Assembly: GCA_022763185.1 (NCBI GenBank)
Contig: JALEGL010000008.1
Location: forward strand, 67,012-131,011
Reading direction: 5' to 3'
DNA from: a bacterium
Lineage (GTDB): Bacteria > Bdellovibrionota_G > JALEGL01
Length of the DNA: 64,000 nt
Shown: one piece after another, positions 1-9,441 of the stretch
How positions within the stretch are numbered: position 1 is the first letter of the stretch
Layout of the letters: every line of letters begins with the position of its first letter
Translations under genes and position numbers: made by a program
The notes under the pieces: model-generated
What the model saw: the letters and a program-made list of their open reading frames with translations, nothing else
Told to the model about the DNA's origin: nothing
Database searches by the model: none

Positions 1-1
1 T

Positions 2-244
2 TTTGCGACCAAACCGTATATATGCTCTTCAAATTACTGGTTAAAAATGAGCCATTATAAAAAAGGCGATTGGTGTGATATTGTTGACGGGCTTTATTGG
101 CGGTTTATTGCTAAACACAAAGATTACTTTTCTCAAAACCCAAGGTTGAGCATGATGACAAGAATACTGGATAAGATGAAGGTCGACAGAAAAGAAAAAA
201 TTTTTAATGAAGCTGAAAATTTTTTGGATAGGGTGACGCAATGA
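2..244 (+). CDS. C-terminal end of a bacterial (6-4) photolyase/cryptochrome (PhrB/CryB family), gene starts upstream of the window
   Basis: Frame open from base 2: FATKPYICSSNYWLKMSHY...LYWRFI...NPRLSMM, matching the family C-terminal motifs KPY-x-S-x-NY-x-x-KMS-x-Y and LYW-x-F...NPR. Confidence 0.82.
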   Translation, partial: FATKPYICSSNYWLKMSHYKKGDWCDIVDGLYWRFIAKHKDYFSQNPRLSMMTRILDKMKVDRKEKIFNEAENFLDRVTQ

Positions 245-1002
245 AGAAAAATAATCGAGTTGTTTTGGTCTTAGGGGCAAACCGGGGAATAGGCTTAGGT
301 ATTGTTAAAAATTTAATTAAAGATAAAGCCAATTTCAGGATTTATGCCAGCTATAGATCTGAAGAAAGGTCAAAAGAACTCTTAACCTTAGCTCAACAAC
401 ACAGTAAACAGCTAAAGTGCATTGTTTTTGATGCAATACAGGAGAGTGATTATCGGCAATTATACGAGAATGTGGCATCAAATTCGGAGAGGATAGATCT
501 ATGTATCAACTGTATAGGAATCTTGGATGATGGCACGACTTTTCCAGAAAGAAAAATAGAAGATCTAAGTCAAGCCTCATTGATGCAGGCCTATCTTCAC
601 AATACCGTACCAACCTTACTCTTAGCAAAACACTTAAAGTCTCTACTCTTTAAAAGTGAACAGCCTAAACTTATTGCAGTTTCAGCAAAAGTGGGAAGCA
701 TATCCGATAACCGTTTAGGCGGATGGTATTCCTACAGGCTATCTAAAACAGCATTAAATATGGCCATAAAAAATATATCTATTGAGTTTAAAAGGCGACA
801 TCAAGACAGCATCGTTGTGGCCATTCATCCCGGTACTACCGAAACAGACCTATCAAAGCCCTTTATTAAAAATGCTGCAAAAAAGTATATCATTCACCAG
901 CCACAGCAGACAGGGGACCATATTTTAAAGATTATTGAGGGTTTGAGTCCAAATGAGACGGGGTCATTTTTTTCTTGGGATGGTTCTTTAATTCCCTGGT
1001 AG
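241..1002 (+). CDS. Short-chain dehydrogenase/reductase, CsgA (C-factor)-like subfamily
   Basis: GANRGIG Rossmann motif, SAKVGSISDNRLGGWYSYRLSK (YxxSK), HPGTTETDLS, C-terminal WDGSLIPW; ATGA overlap with the photolyase gene. Confidence 0.9.
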   Translation: MKKNNRVVLVLGANRGIGLGIVKNLIKDKANFRIYASYRSEERSKELLTLAQQHSKQLKCIVFDAIQESDYRQLYENVASNSERIDLCINCIGILDDGTTFPERKIEDLSQASLMQAYLHNTVPTLLLAKHLKSLLFKSEQPKLIAVSAKVGSISDNRLGGWYSYRLSKTALNMAIKNISIEFKRRHQDSIVVAIHPGTTETDLSKPFIKNAAKKYIIHQPQQTGDHILKIIEGLSPNETGSFFSWDGSLIPW

Positions 1003-1202
1003 GGTGGTTTTGAGATAAATATAATCCTTGCATAATGTTTGCAGCCAGTGTAAAGCGAATATTAGTTAGTTTTTATCAGCTCGGCCGTGAGCGTTCTTTT
1101 ATTAGATTTCAGTCCATTATCAGATCATTCATCCAAGCTTAAAAAGCTAAGGTTAATTTAAATTGAAGACTTTTTTTAAAGTCACAGGAAAGTAGAAAAC
1201 AA

Positions 1203-1502
1203 ATGAGTAAAAAAATATTTGTGGGTAATTGTAGTTATAATGTTAATGAAGCTGAGCTACAATCTTTTATTGAATCTTTAGAAATCAGTGTGGTTTCAGC
1301 AAAAGTAATCACTGACAGGGAAACTGGCAGATCAAGAGGCTTTGCTTTTGTTGAAGTTGGTGAGAATGAAGATCTAACCCATGTAATCAACACCTTAAAT
1401 GGTAAAGAGTTGGATGGCAGAAATTTAACAGTCAATGAAGCCAAACAAGAGAATAAAAGAAGCGGCGGCGGTTTTAAAGGCGGTCGTGATCGTAGATACT
1501 GA
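1203..1502 (+). CDS. RRM-domain RNA-binding protein with Gly/Arg-rich tail
   Basis: RNP2 KIFVGN, RNP1 RGFAFVE, DRETGRS, GRNLTVNEA; SD-like AGGAAAG upstream. Confidence 0.95.
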   Translation: MSKKIFVGNCSYNVNEAELQSFIESLEISVVSAKVITDRETGRSRGFAFVEVGENEDLTHVINTLNGKELDGRNLTVNEAKQENKRSGGGFKGGRDRRY

Positions 1503-1526
1503 TTTTAAACAAAAATCAAATGATCT

Positions 1527-1557
1527 AAAGGCCCCAAATGCAGGGGCCTTTTTTTTT
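1527..1557 (+). terminator. Rho-independent terminator of the RRM gene
   Basis: AAAGGCCCC-aaatgca-GGGGCCTTT stem-loop running into a T9 tract, about 25 nt after the stop. Confidence 0.9.
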
Positions 1558-1662
1558 GAATAATTATAGCGACTTAAAAAGAAAATCACCACAAAAGCAT
1601 AAACGAAACCTGTGGGAAATAATAAAAAGTAAAAAATAATTGAAAACTTTTGATATCAACGT

Positions 1663-3696
1663 ATGTTGTCACGTTTGATACCCATGCAGCGTTACCTAGA
1701 AAAACTAAATCCAGAGCAAGTTGAGGCAGTAAAACATAGTTATGGCCCATTGCTTATTTTGGCTGGAGCAGGGAGTGGTAAAACTACAGTTTTAGTGCAA
1801 CGTACACAGAGGCTAATTTTAGATGAAGTTGCTCGTGCAGAGGCTATTTTAGTCCTGACTTTTACCAACAAAGCGGCTAGAGAGTTAAAGTTTAGAGTTG
1901 CGCAGAAGCTAGATAAAAAACAAGCTCAAGCCATCTATGCCAGTACCTTTCATTCTTTTGGTTTAGACATCATCAAAAAACATCACAATGTTTTAGGATT
2001 ACCCAAGCGCTTTGGTGTCATTGATCAAAGTGATGCTCAGTCGGTTGTAAAAGAACTGTTAAAGACAACAGTTGATAGTGAAAAAAGTGATTTTGATCTG
2101 GATACATTATTGAATTGTATTCAAACACTTAGAGCTGGCAAAGAAATAGCCAATAACTTACAAGATTATCAAGATATGGCTGAAGCCTTATGCTCCAAAT
2201 ATATTGAAAGACTGAGGTCTTTGGGTGTTGTTGATTTTGAGGGCTTAATCCTGGGACCTATAGAAATCTTTGAAAAAAAACCTGATATTCTGAAGCAGTA
2301 TCAAGATCAATTCCAACAGATCATGGTGGATGAATTTCAAGACACCAATGACATACAGATGCAAATGCTAAAACTTTTAGCACAAAAGCATCAAAATTTA
2401 ACTGTGGTTGGAGATGATGATCAGTCTATTTATGGTTGGCGTGGAGCACAAATCCAACATATTTTAGATTTTCCAAAAAGATACAAAAATTGCAAAGTGG
2501 TGCGCTTGGAAAGAAACTATAGATCCAAAGCCAAAATTTTAGATTTAGCCAACCATATTATTGCAAAAAACAGTACCCGTCATGGCAAAAAACTATTGGC
2601 TTCAGGCTATGATGATGATGGCTATGAACCAGAAGTTTTTCTTTATCTCAATGAAGTTGATGAATCTGAAGGCATGGTTACTCAGATAGAGTACTTTAAA
2701 AGCAAAGGCTATAAAAACGAAGATATTGCTTTATTGTACCGATCTAACAGTCAAGGAGGGATGATTGAAGCAGCTTTAAGAAAGCAGCAAATACCTTATG
2801 TTTTAACCGGTGGAACGGGCTTTTTTAGCCGCAAAGAAATCAAAGATATTTTAGCTTATTTAAAGTGTATGTTTAGGCCAGATGAAATCAGTGTAAGAAG
2901 AGCAATGCATACCCCAAGTAAAGGTATTGGTGAAAAAAGTATTCAAACCATCTTTGAATATGCACAAACACATAATATAAGTTTCTTCAAAGCCAGCCAA
3001 AAAAGTTTAGAGGGGTTAAATGAAAAGTCGCAGCAAGCCGTAAATCAATTTCATCAGCAACTCAAAGAGTACAAAGATATTTTGCTTAACGGCAAAGAAA
3101 AATGTGAAGACCTTTTAGTAAAAATCTTAGAAAAAATAGGCTATAAACGCATGGTCATCAGTTCCTTTAAAGATATTCATACTGCTCAAAAACGTTGGGA
3201 TTTAGTTTTAACATTTTGTAGAGTCTTAGGTGCATACATTCAAAAAAGTGGAAAAAATGCGCAGTCATTTTTAAAATTTATTGAAAATATGGATTTAGGT
3301 GATGTTGAAGAAGATCAAAAAGATGGTGCTTCTGTTCAGCTCATGACTCTTCATGCATGTAAGGGACTAGAATTTCCTGTTGTTATTATTAGCGGCGTTG
3401 AAGAAGGAATTTTACCCCACCAACGTTTAGGTCAAGATATTAGTGAGGAGCGACGCTTGTTTTATGTAGGGATCACGCGTGCCAAAGAGCATTTGGTTTT
3501 AACCCGTGCCAAAGAAAGAAAAAAGCATGGTAAACTAAAGCCCAGTGCCACCTCAAGGTTTTTAGCTGAAGTTGATGAACCGTTAATTAAAAACTACCAA
3601 AGTGCATTTAGACCCCAGGGAGAGAATGAAAGAAAAGCTATGGTAGCCGCACTGTTTGCTAAAATAGATCAAAAAACGGAAAAGCTGAAAGGATAA
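1663..3696 (+). CDS. Superfamily 1A 3'-5' DNA helicase, Rep/UvrD/PcrA family (alternative start 1684)
   Basis: LNPEQ, AGAGSGKT, TFTNKAA, VDEFQDTN, VGDDDQSIYGWRGA, LERNYRS, MTLHACKGLEF, EERRLFYVGITRA; no C-terminal Tudor domain, short amphipathic tail (Rep-like). Confidence 0.95.
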   Translation: MLSRLIPMQRYLEKLNPEQVEAVKHSYGPLLILAGAGSGKTTVLVQRTQRLILDEVARAEAILVLTFTNKAARELKFRVAQKLDKKQAQAIYASTFHSFGLDIIKKHHNVLGLPKRFGVIDQSDAQSVVKELLKTTVDSEKSDFDLDTLLNCIQTLRAGKEIANNLQDYQDMAEALCSKYIERLRSLGVVDFEGLILGPIEIFEKKPDILKQYQDQFQQIMVDEFQDTNDIQMQMLKLLAQKHQNLTVVGDDDQSIYGWRGAQIQHILDFPKRYKNCKVVRLERNYRSKAKILDLANHIIAKNSTRHGKKLLASGYDDDGYEPEVFLYLNEVDESEGMVTQIEYFKSKGYKNEDIALLYRSNSQGGMIEAALRKQQIPYVLTGGTGFFSRKEIKDILAYLKCMFRPDEISVRRAMHTPSKGIGEKSIQTIFEYAQTHNISFFKASQKSLEGLNEKSQQAVNQFHQQLKEYKDILLNGKEKCEDLLVKILEKIGYKRMVISSFKDIHTAQKRWDLVLTFCRVLGAYIQKSGKNAQSFLKFIENMDLGDVEEDQKDGASVQLMTLHACKGLEFPVVIISGVEEGILPHQRLGQDISEERRLFYVGITRAKEHLVLTRAKERKKHGKLKPSATSRFLAEVDEPLIKNYQSAFRPQGENERKAMVAALFAKIDQKTEKLKG

Positions 3697-3763
3697 AGTT
3701 TATTGCTAGTCAATAGCGATAAATTTGGTTATCCAGTAGAGAATACTTTTTTTAAAGCTTATT

Positions 3764-5155
3764 ATGGATAGTACAAATATAAATATTGTTATTGCCGGTG
3801 CCAGTGGTTACATAGGCCAAGCCATTATTCCGCAAATCCTTGAGCGTTTTCAATCAGCAACTGTTTTTGCTTTATCAAGAAGTAAAATGAGTACGCTTCA
3901 TCCAAGGCTTACCTGGCGAGAGTGTGATTTGTTTTCTCTAAAATCAATAGAAGAGGCTTTGCCAGAAAAAGTAGACTGTGCAATTTACTTGGTTCACTCT
4001 ATGGTCCCTACCGCAGCTTTAGATCAGGGCTCTTTTGCAGACTATGACCTGATTTTAGCGGATAATTTTGCCAGGGTTCTAAAACTAAGAAACAATAAGC
4101 ATATTATCTACCTTGGAGGCCTAATCCCTGAGCAAGAAGATTTATCGTTGCATTTGCAAAGTAGATTGGAAGTAGAGCAAGTCTTTAAAGAGCATAACTT
4201 ACCACTAACTATTTTTAGAGCAGGTCTAATTGTTGGTACACAAGGCTCGTCATTTCAAATCATGTTGAAATTGGTTCAGCGCTTGCCTGTTATGGTTTGT
4301 CCTAAATGGACACAAAACTTAACATCTCCGGTTGATTTAAAAACAGTGGTACAGTCTATTACACGCATAATCTTAAAAAAAGAACATGTTGGAAAAACCT
4401 ATGATCTGGCAGCTTGTGAGCCATTGAGCTATTTAGAGATGATGCAGCAAACAGCTTCACACATGAACAAAAGAAAGCTCTTTATTCGCTTTCCCTACTT
4501 AACACCTAGGCTGTCTAGCTTGTGGGTAAGTCTTGTTACTCAAAGTTCTAAAAATTTGGTTTATCCACTGATAGAATCTTTAAAGTACTCTATGGTTACT
4601 CGCCCAGATAAAGAGTTAAAAGGACTTACAAAACAGAGATATTTGGATATTTTAAAAAATCTAGATTTAAGTTTAAAAAAATCAAAGTCATTCTTTAGAT
4701 TTAAGCCACAACGAAAAACAGTTCGTTCAGTGCAAAGATTGCCATTGCCAAAAAACAAAGACGCATATTGGATTAAAAAACGTTACTTTTTATGGTTAAA
4801 GCATGTTTTGAAACCACTGGTGGATATTGTTTATATCTCTCAGCAATCTATATTTAAATTTAAACTGTTTAAGCTCACGATATTAACATTAAAGTTAAAT
4901 AAACATCGGAGTCACAAAGATCGACAGTTGCTGTATATCAACAAGGGTATATTGGTTGCAGAGAAAAATAGAGGTAGGCTTGAATTTAGAACTGTTCTTA
5001 ATAATCGATATGTTCTGGCAGCCATTCATGATTATAAACCATCTTTACCTTGGTTTATTTATACATTAACTCAGGCAAAAGTTCATGCTCTGGTCATGAA
5101 GTGTTTTGCAAATCATTTAAGAAAAAAGTTAAACACTAAAATGAAGTCGCACTAA
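3764..5155 (+). CDS. Atypical SDR/NAD(P)-binding epimerase with C-terminal extension (YbjT/DUF2867-like)
   Basis: IAGASGYIG, AIYLVHSM, LSLHLQSRLEVE, RAGLIVG-x-GSSF, PRLSSLWVSLVT, C-terminal RSVQRLPLP...GRLEFR. Confidence 0.8.
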   Translation: MDSTNINIVIAGASGYIGQAIIPQILERFQSATVFALSRSKMSTLHPRLTWRECDLFSLKSIEEALPEKVDCAIYLVHSMVPTAALDQGSFADYDLILADNFARVLKLRNNKHIIYLGGLIPEQEDLSLHLQSRLEVEQVFKEHNLPLTIFRAGLIVGTQGSSFQIMLKLVQRLPVMVCPKWTQNLTSPVDLKTVVQSITRIILKKEHVGKTYDLAACEPLSYLEMMQQTASHMNKRKLFIRFPYLTPRLSSLWVSLVTQSSKNLVYPLIESLKYSMVTRPDKELKGLTKQRYLDILKNLDLSLKKSKSFFRFKPQRKTVRSVQRLPLPKNKDAYWIKKRYFLWLKHVLKPLVDIVYISQQSIFKFKLFKLTILTLKLNKHRSHKDRQLLYINKGILVAEKNRGRLEFRTVLNNRYVLAAIHDYKPSLPWFIYTLTQAKVHALVMKCFANHLRKKLNTKMKSH

Positions 5156-5176
5156 GGGTTTAATTTAGGCTGAGTA

Positions 5177-5758
5177 TTAAAGTTTAAGAAGACCTTCGTG
5201 AATGAGTAAAGAAACATAAGCATCACAAGCGGCATAATGTATTTGTTTGTCTTTTAAGGTCTTTGCTGCCCAATTAGAAAGTTTAGCACTTTTTTTTAAG
5301 CGATGACCGGTAAAAATGACACTTAAGGCATTGAGCCCAAAGTTCTGTAAGCCTTTTTCTTCTGCTAAATCAGCCAACTCTATAAAGCCTTGAGCTTGAA
5401 AGTCTCTAAGTTTTTGTAAAGCAATGATATCGTCTCTAACGGCTACACCCAGTTTAAGAATTTTAGCTGAGCTTAAGATGTTTGATAAATCTGGACTTAG
5501 GGCTTGTTGTTTCAGCTGAAATAAATAAGCATCGGTTTTTGTTGCCAGTTGTAGAAGTGCCACAGGATTGTTTTGTCCTTTTCTAAAGTTAGGCCGTGTT
5601 TCTGTATCAAAGCCTAAAATTTCTTCTTTGTTTAAATGTTGGCAAACTTCAATTTGCTGTTCATAGTCTTGAACAATATGAATGGTACCGGGATACTGTA
5701 AAAATGGAAATTCATTTATTTCTTGTTTGCTCAGTTTTTTGCGACCGTCAATGAACAC
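5177..5758 (-). CDS. DEDDy 3'-5' exonuclease (WRN-exo/RNase D-like)
   Basis: GFDTET (ExoI), LLQLAT, KLGVAVRDD (ExoII), SNW...QIHYAACDA (ExoIII). Confidence 0.9.
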   Translation of the reverse strand: MFIDGRKKLSKQEINEFPFLQYPGTIHIVQDYEQQIEVCQHLNKEEILGFDTETRPNFRKGQNNPVALLQLATKTDAYLFQLKQQALSPDLSNILSSAKILKLGVAVRDDIIALQKLRDFQAQGFIELADLAEEKGLQNFGLNALSVIFTGHRLKKSAKLSNWAAKTLKDKQIHYAACDAYVSLLIHEGLLKL

Positions 5759-5854
5759 AGTACTTTGCCTTAGACCATGCTCAAAACAATTTGTAAAGAA
5801 TCTGTAAGGCTATTTCTTGTTTAACGGTTAAAAAATAGATATGGCCTATGTCAT

Positions 5855-6700
5855 ATGCCGGAACTTCCAGAAGTTGAAACTGTGTGTCAAGGGCTTTCTC
5901 AATTGATCGAGAAAGAAGCTGAGGTCAACCATATTCAAGTCTATACAAAAAAATTACGTTTTGACCTGCCAGAAAACATTGACCAGACCCTATTTGGTCA
6001 AAAGCTTCAGTATTTTTCAAGGAGAGCCAAGTATATTTTATGGCACTTTGATCAACATATCATGATCAGTCACTTGGGGATGACGGGATCATGGAGAGAG
6101 TTTAAAGCCAAGGATATAAGAAAGCATGATCACTTTGTTATAGGATTTAAAGGTGATCAAACCTTGGTTTACAATGACCCAAGACGGTTTGGGTTTATAG
6201 ATATATCTAAGCAAAAAAATATTTCAGAGCATAAATTTTTAAAGCATTTAGGTCCTGAGCCATTATCCGATCAATTCAATCATAACTATTTACAAAACTA
6301 CTGCAAGAATAAAACGGCGGCCATTAAATCTGTGATTATGGATCAACGCTGTGTTGTAGGTGTGGGAAATATTTATGCCTGTGAAGCCTTGTTCCAAAGT
6401 AAGCTTCATCCTTTGACACCTGCCAAAGATATTAGTGAGTTTAATCTTAAACAATTGGTTAAAAGTATTAAAAGTGTTTTATCTCTGGCCATTGAAGCAG
6501 GTGGATCTACCATCAAAGATTTTAAGCAAGCCGGTGGTGAGAAGGGCTATTTTCAACATCAGTTTTTAGTCTATGGTAAAGCCAACGAGACCTGTCCAAG
6601 CTGTAAACAGTATACAATTAAAAATTTAAGAGTAGGGGGCAGAAGCAGCTTTTTTTGTCCACAGTGTCAGCCAGAAATATCCGTACGGTATGGCAAATAA
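5855..6700 (+). CDS. mutM: Formamidopyrimidine-DNA glycosylase/AP lyase (Fpg)
   Basis: N-terminal MPELPEVET, HLGMTG, DPRRFG, LGPEPL, GVGNIYA, C-terminal Zn finger CPSC...CPQCQ. Confidence 0.97.
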   Translation: MPELPEVETVCQGLSQLIEKEAEVNHIQVYTKKLRFDLPENIDQTLFGQKLQYFSRRAKYILWHFDQHIMISHLGMTGSWREFKAKDIRKHDHFVIGFKGDQTLVYNDPRRFGFIDISKQKNISEHKFLKHLGPEPLSDQFNHNYLQNYCKNKTAAIKSVIMDQRCVVGVGNIYACEALFQSKLHPLTPAKDISEFNLKQLVKSIKSVLSLAIEAGGSTIKDFKQAGGEKGYFQHQFLVYGKANETCPSCKQYTIKNLRVGGRSSFFCPQCQPEISVRYGK

Positions 6701-6716
6701 TGGTTTAATAGACATT

Positions 6717-6755
6717 AAAGTAGCCAAAGGTAGCCGCGGTACCTTTGGCTACTTT
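6717..6755. terminator. Perfect 16-bp inverted repeat between convergent mutM and folA, probable bidirectional terminator
   Basis: AAAGTAGCCAAAGGTA-gccgcgg-TACCTTTGGCTACTTT; the right arm contains the folA stop codon. Confidence 0.7.
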
Positions 6756-7255
6756 GTTTTGATACGCGCAAACTTTTTAAATACCCAAGCGGGTTGTGTT
6801 TCACTGATAGCCGGATGTTGTTTTTCTTCAACAATATCCCATTGTGTTTGATCAAAGTCTGGAAAAAAGGCATCGCCATTTGGAATATTGAAATCAATTT
6901 CGGACAAGTACAAGTAATCACAAAACTCTAAGCATTGTTCATAAATTTGTGCGCCCCCACAAATAAACAGCTCTGTTTCTCCCGCATTTTTTGCATGTGT
7001 TATAGCGGATTCAATACTTTTAAACCACAAGACACTGGGATGGGTCATGCTTGGCTCTTGTCTAGAAACAACCAAATGCGTGCGTTTGGGTAATACCCCG
7101 GGCAGGGCTTCTAAAGATTTGCGACCCATTAAAATATGGTGATTGAGGGTTGTGCGTTTAAAGTGAGCAAACTCTTGCGGAATATGCCAAGGCATATCGT
7201 TATTTTTACCAATGACTTTGTTTTTGCTGTGCGCAGCAATGGCAGAGATCAGCAT
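6749..7255 (-). CDS. folA: Dihydrofolate reductase
   Basis: IAAHSKNKVIG, MPWHIPQE, MGRKS, LPKR, ICGGAQIY, GDAFFP; directly downstream of thyA. Confidence 0.96.
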   Translation of the reverse strand: MLISAIAAHSKNKVIGKNNDMPWHIPQEFAHFKRTTLNHHILMGRKSLEALPGVLPKRTHLVVSRQEPSMTHPSVLWFKSIESAITHAKNAGETELFICGGAQIYEQCLEFCDYLYLSEIDFNIPNGDAFFPDFDQTQWDIVEEKQHPAISETQPAWVFKKFARIKTK

Positions 7256-8062
7256 TTAGACAGCAACCTCAGCTTTAATTGCAGGATGACATTGATAGTT
7301 GATCAGTTCAAAGTCATCGTAGTGATATGAAAAAATGTCTTTAGGTTTGCGCTTGATCAACATCGTAGGCTTAGGAAAAGTTTCCCGACTTAATTGGGTT
7401 TGCACTTGTTCAAAGTGATTTTGGTACAGATGCACATCACCAAAACTGTGGACAAAGTCACCGTAGTCATAATCTAAGACATTGGCAATCATCATGGTGA
7501 GTAAAGCATAGCTGGCAATATTAAAAGGTACGCCCAAAAAGTAATCCGCAGAGCGTTGGTAAAGCTGACAGGACAAACGGGGTTTTTCTTTATTAAGAGA
7601 GACATAAAACTGAAACATTGTATGACAAGGGGGAAGCGCCATTTTTTCTACATCAGCTACATTCCAGGCAGAAACAATATGCCGCCGAGAGTGCGGATTG
7701 TTTTTTAAGCCACGCATTAAATTTTGAATTTGGTCAATACTTTCATTGTTAGGCGTTTGCCAACTGCGCCATTGTTTGCCATACACCGGACCTAAGTCAC
7801 CCTTTTCATCCGCCCATTCATCCCATATGCGGACTTTATTTTCTTTGAGGTAGGCAATGTTGGTGTCGCCTTGTAAAAACCATAGCAGCTCATGAATAAT
7901 AGATTTAAGATGACATTTCTTGGTGGTGACCAAAGGAAAACCTTCTTGTAAATTAAAGCGCAACTGCGCGCCAAACAATGATCGAGTACCTACACCAGTT
8001 CTATCTGTGCGGTCTTCACCCTTTTCCATAATGTGTTGCATAAGTTGAAGATAATTGCGCAT
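7256..8062 (-). CDS. thyA: Thymidylate synthase
   Basis: [37 protein letters not shown] (catalytic Cys), [21 protein letters not shown]. Confidence 0.98.
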   Translation of the reverse strand: MRNYLQLMQHIMEKGEDRTDRTGVGTRSLFGAQLRFNLQEGFPLVTTKKCHLKSIIHELLWFLQGDTNIAYLKENKVRIWDEWADEKGDLGPVYGKQWRSWQTPNNESIDQIQNLMRGLKNNPHSRRHIVSAWNVADVEKMALPPCHTMFQFYVSLNKEKPRLSCQLYQRSADYFLGVPFNIASYALLTMMIANVLDYDYGDFVHSFGDVHLYQNHFEQVQTQLSRETFPKPTMLIKRKPKDIFSYHYDDFELINYQCHPAIKAEVAV

Positions 8063-8187
8063 AAAAACTTAATATCGTTCATCAAGCCAATCATCAAGAA
8101 AAAATAGATACTGGGTTTTTGAAGGTAAATATGAGTCACATTGCTCAAGAATTTGATCAAATGCAGATTATGCGAGATATATGAAAT

Positions 8188-8724
8188 GTGAATGCATTGA
8201 AATTTTTTATAAGTGTAATCATTCTTGTGTTGAGTAGTAGTGTTCAGGCCCAACTCCCTCAGTTGAATCCTGAGCAAGAAAAACGAGCCCAAGCCATAGA
8301 TAAACGATTAATGGCCCCTTGTTGTTGGGCTAAAACTGTTGCTGAAGATAATTCAGGCATGGCTTTTGGCGTTAGGGAGCAAGTTAGGACTTTAATTTTA
8401 GCTGGAAAAAGTAATGCAGAGGTTTTAGCTTATTTTGAGGCTGAGTATGGAGAAAAAATTTTAAGTAGTCCAAAAAAAGAAAACTTTAACCTCTTACTGT
8501 GGATTCTACCTTTTATTCTTATGCCGCTGTTAATGTTTGGGGTGTATAAAATTATTTTATCATGGAGGAAGCCTGTGTCTTCTGATGGGAAAAAATCAGC
8601 TGCACAACTGCCTTTTATCAAAGAAGATGTGGTTTCTGAGCACGACAAGTCCAAAAACAAATCAGAAGACTATGCTAAGTATGCCAAGCAATTGGATCAA
8701 GAGCTTTATGGAGACGACACTTAA
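8188..8724 (+). CDS. ccmH: Cytochrome c maturation protein CcmH/NrfF-like (APCC variant)
   Basis: Signal peptide, RLMAPCCW in place of LRCxxC, G-x-S-x-x-EV...YGEKILSSP followed by the TM helix LLWILPF. Confidence 0.8.
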   Translation: MNALKFFISVIILVLSSSVQAQLPQLNPEQEKRAQAIDKRLMAPCCWAKTVAEDNSGMAFGVREQVRTLILAGKSNAEVLAYFEAEYGEKILSSPKKENFNLLLWILPFILMPLLMFGVYKIILSWRKPVSSDGKKSAAQLPFIKEDVVSEHDKSKNKSEDYAKYAKQLDQELYGDDT

Positions 8725-9323
8725 AAAGAACTTCCAGGTTGTTTAAGAAATTCAATTTCTTCTGGGCTGCTGGTGCGGTTTAAAATTTTATTTCTATGAG
8801 GAAAACGTCCAAACTGGGCAATAATATCGTAATGTTTAACAGCATAAATATAGTGTTCAGTGAAGGTTTTGTCTTTGTCCATCAGTTGTTTGAACATTTT
8901 AAGACTTAATCGTTGCATGTTTAAGTTCTCACTATGCTCAAGGGGCAAGTAAAAAAACACTTTTTCTAAGGGGTGCAAGGCTTGGTCTATATTTTTCTTT
9001 AAGCCTTCTAAAGCTAAGTTGAGAGCCGCATGGTCATAGGCATACATTTGATCACTGTCTCTGAAGATATTTCTGGAAAATTGATCCAGTAAAACAATCA
9101 GCGAAACATAGCTTTGTGGGTTGGATTTCCATTCAGAAAACCGTCTGCCTGCAGAAAAGTCTTTCAATAAGGGTAAAAATTGTTCACGCATATAGCGGTC
9201 TACCTCAGGATTTTTTCCAAACCAGAGCTGTCCTCGCTCCTTAAGGTATGTTTTATCTAGAGATAGATCTTTAAACCAATATTCATGAATATTCTGCCAA
9301 TTAGAATGATGGTGTAGCTGCAT
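8721..9323 (-). CDS. DUF924 family protein
   Basis: YWF...LWF, IVLLDQFSRNIFR, FFYLPLEHSE, QFGRFPHRNKILNRTSSPEE. Confidence 0.93.
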   Translation of the reverse strand: MQLHHHSNWQNIHEYWFKDLSLDKTYLKERGQLWFGKNPEVDRYMREQFLPLLKDFSAGRRFSEWKSNPQSYVSLIVLLDQFSRNIFRDSDQMYAYDHAALNLALEGLKKNIDQALHPLEKVFFYLPLEHSENLNMQRLSLKMFKQLMDKDKTFTEHYIYAVKHYDIIAQFGRFPHRNKILNRTSSPEEIEFLKQPGSSF

Positions 9324-9441
9324 GGTAAATATTTACATCAAAAAGATAAAAAAAGTAAGGTATTTAAACCTAAACTAGGTTAGTTAACATAAAGATCTCT
9401 CACATTAGAAATTTATTGTGTTAACAGGTGGTTCTATATAC

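Noticed and set aside
241..1002. CsgA-like SDR as evidence of myxobacterial C-signalling
   Set aside because: This SDR subfamily is widespread and is here coupled to a photolyase gene; no developmental genes nearby.
1663..5758. Helicase + NAD-binding protein + exonuclease as an anti-phage defence cassette
   Set aside because: The helicase is a canonical Rep/UvrD, the exonuclease is on the opposite strand, and no defence-type domains are present.
6749..8062. thyA and folA are in frame, separated only by TAA (TAA-ATG), suggesting a readthrough TS-DHFR fusion
   Set aside because: Thymidylate synthase needs its free C-terminal carboxylate, natural fusions have the opposite order, and TAA is rarely read through; simple translational coupling explains it.
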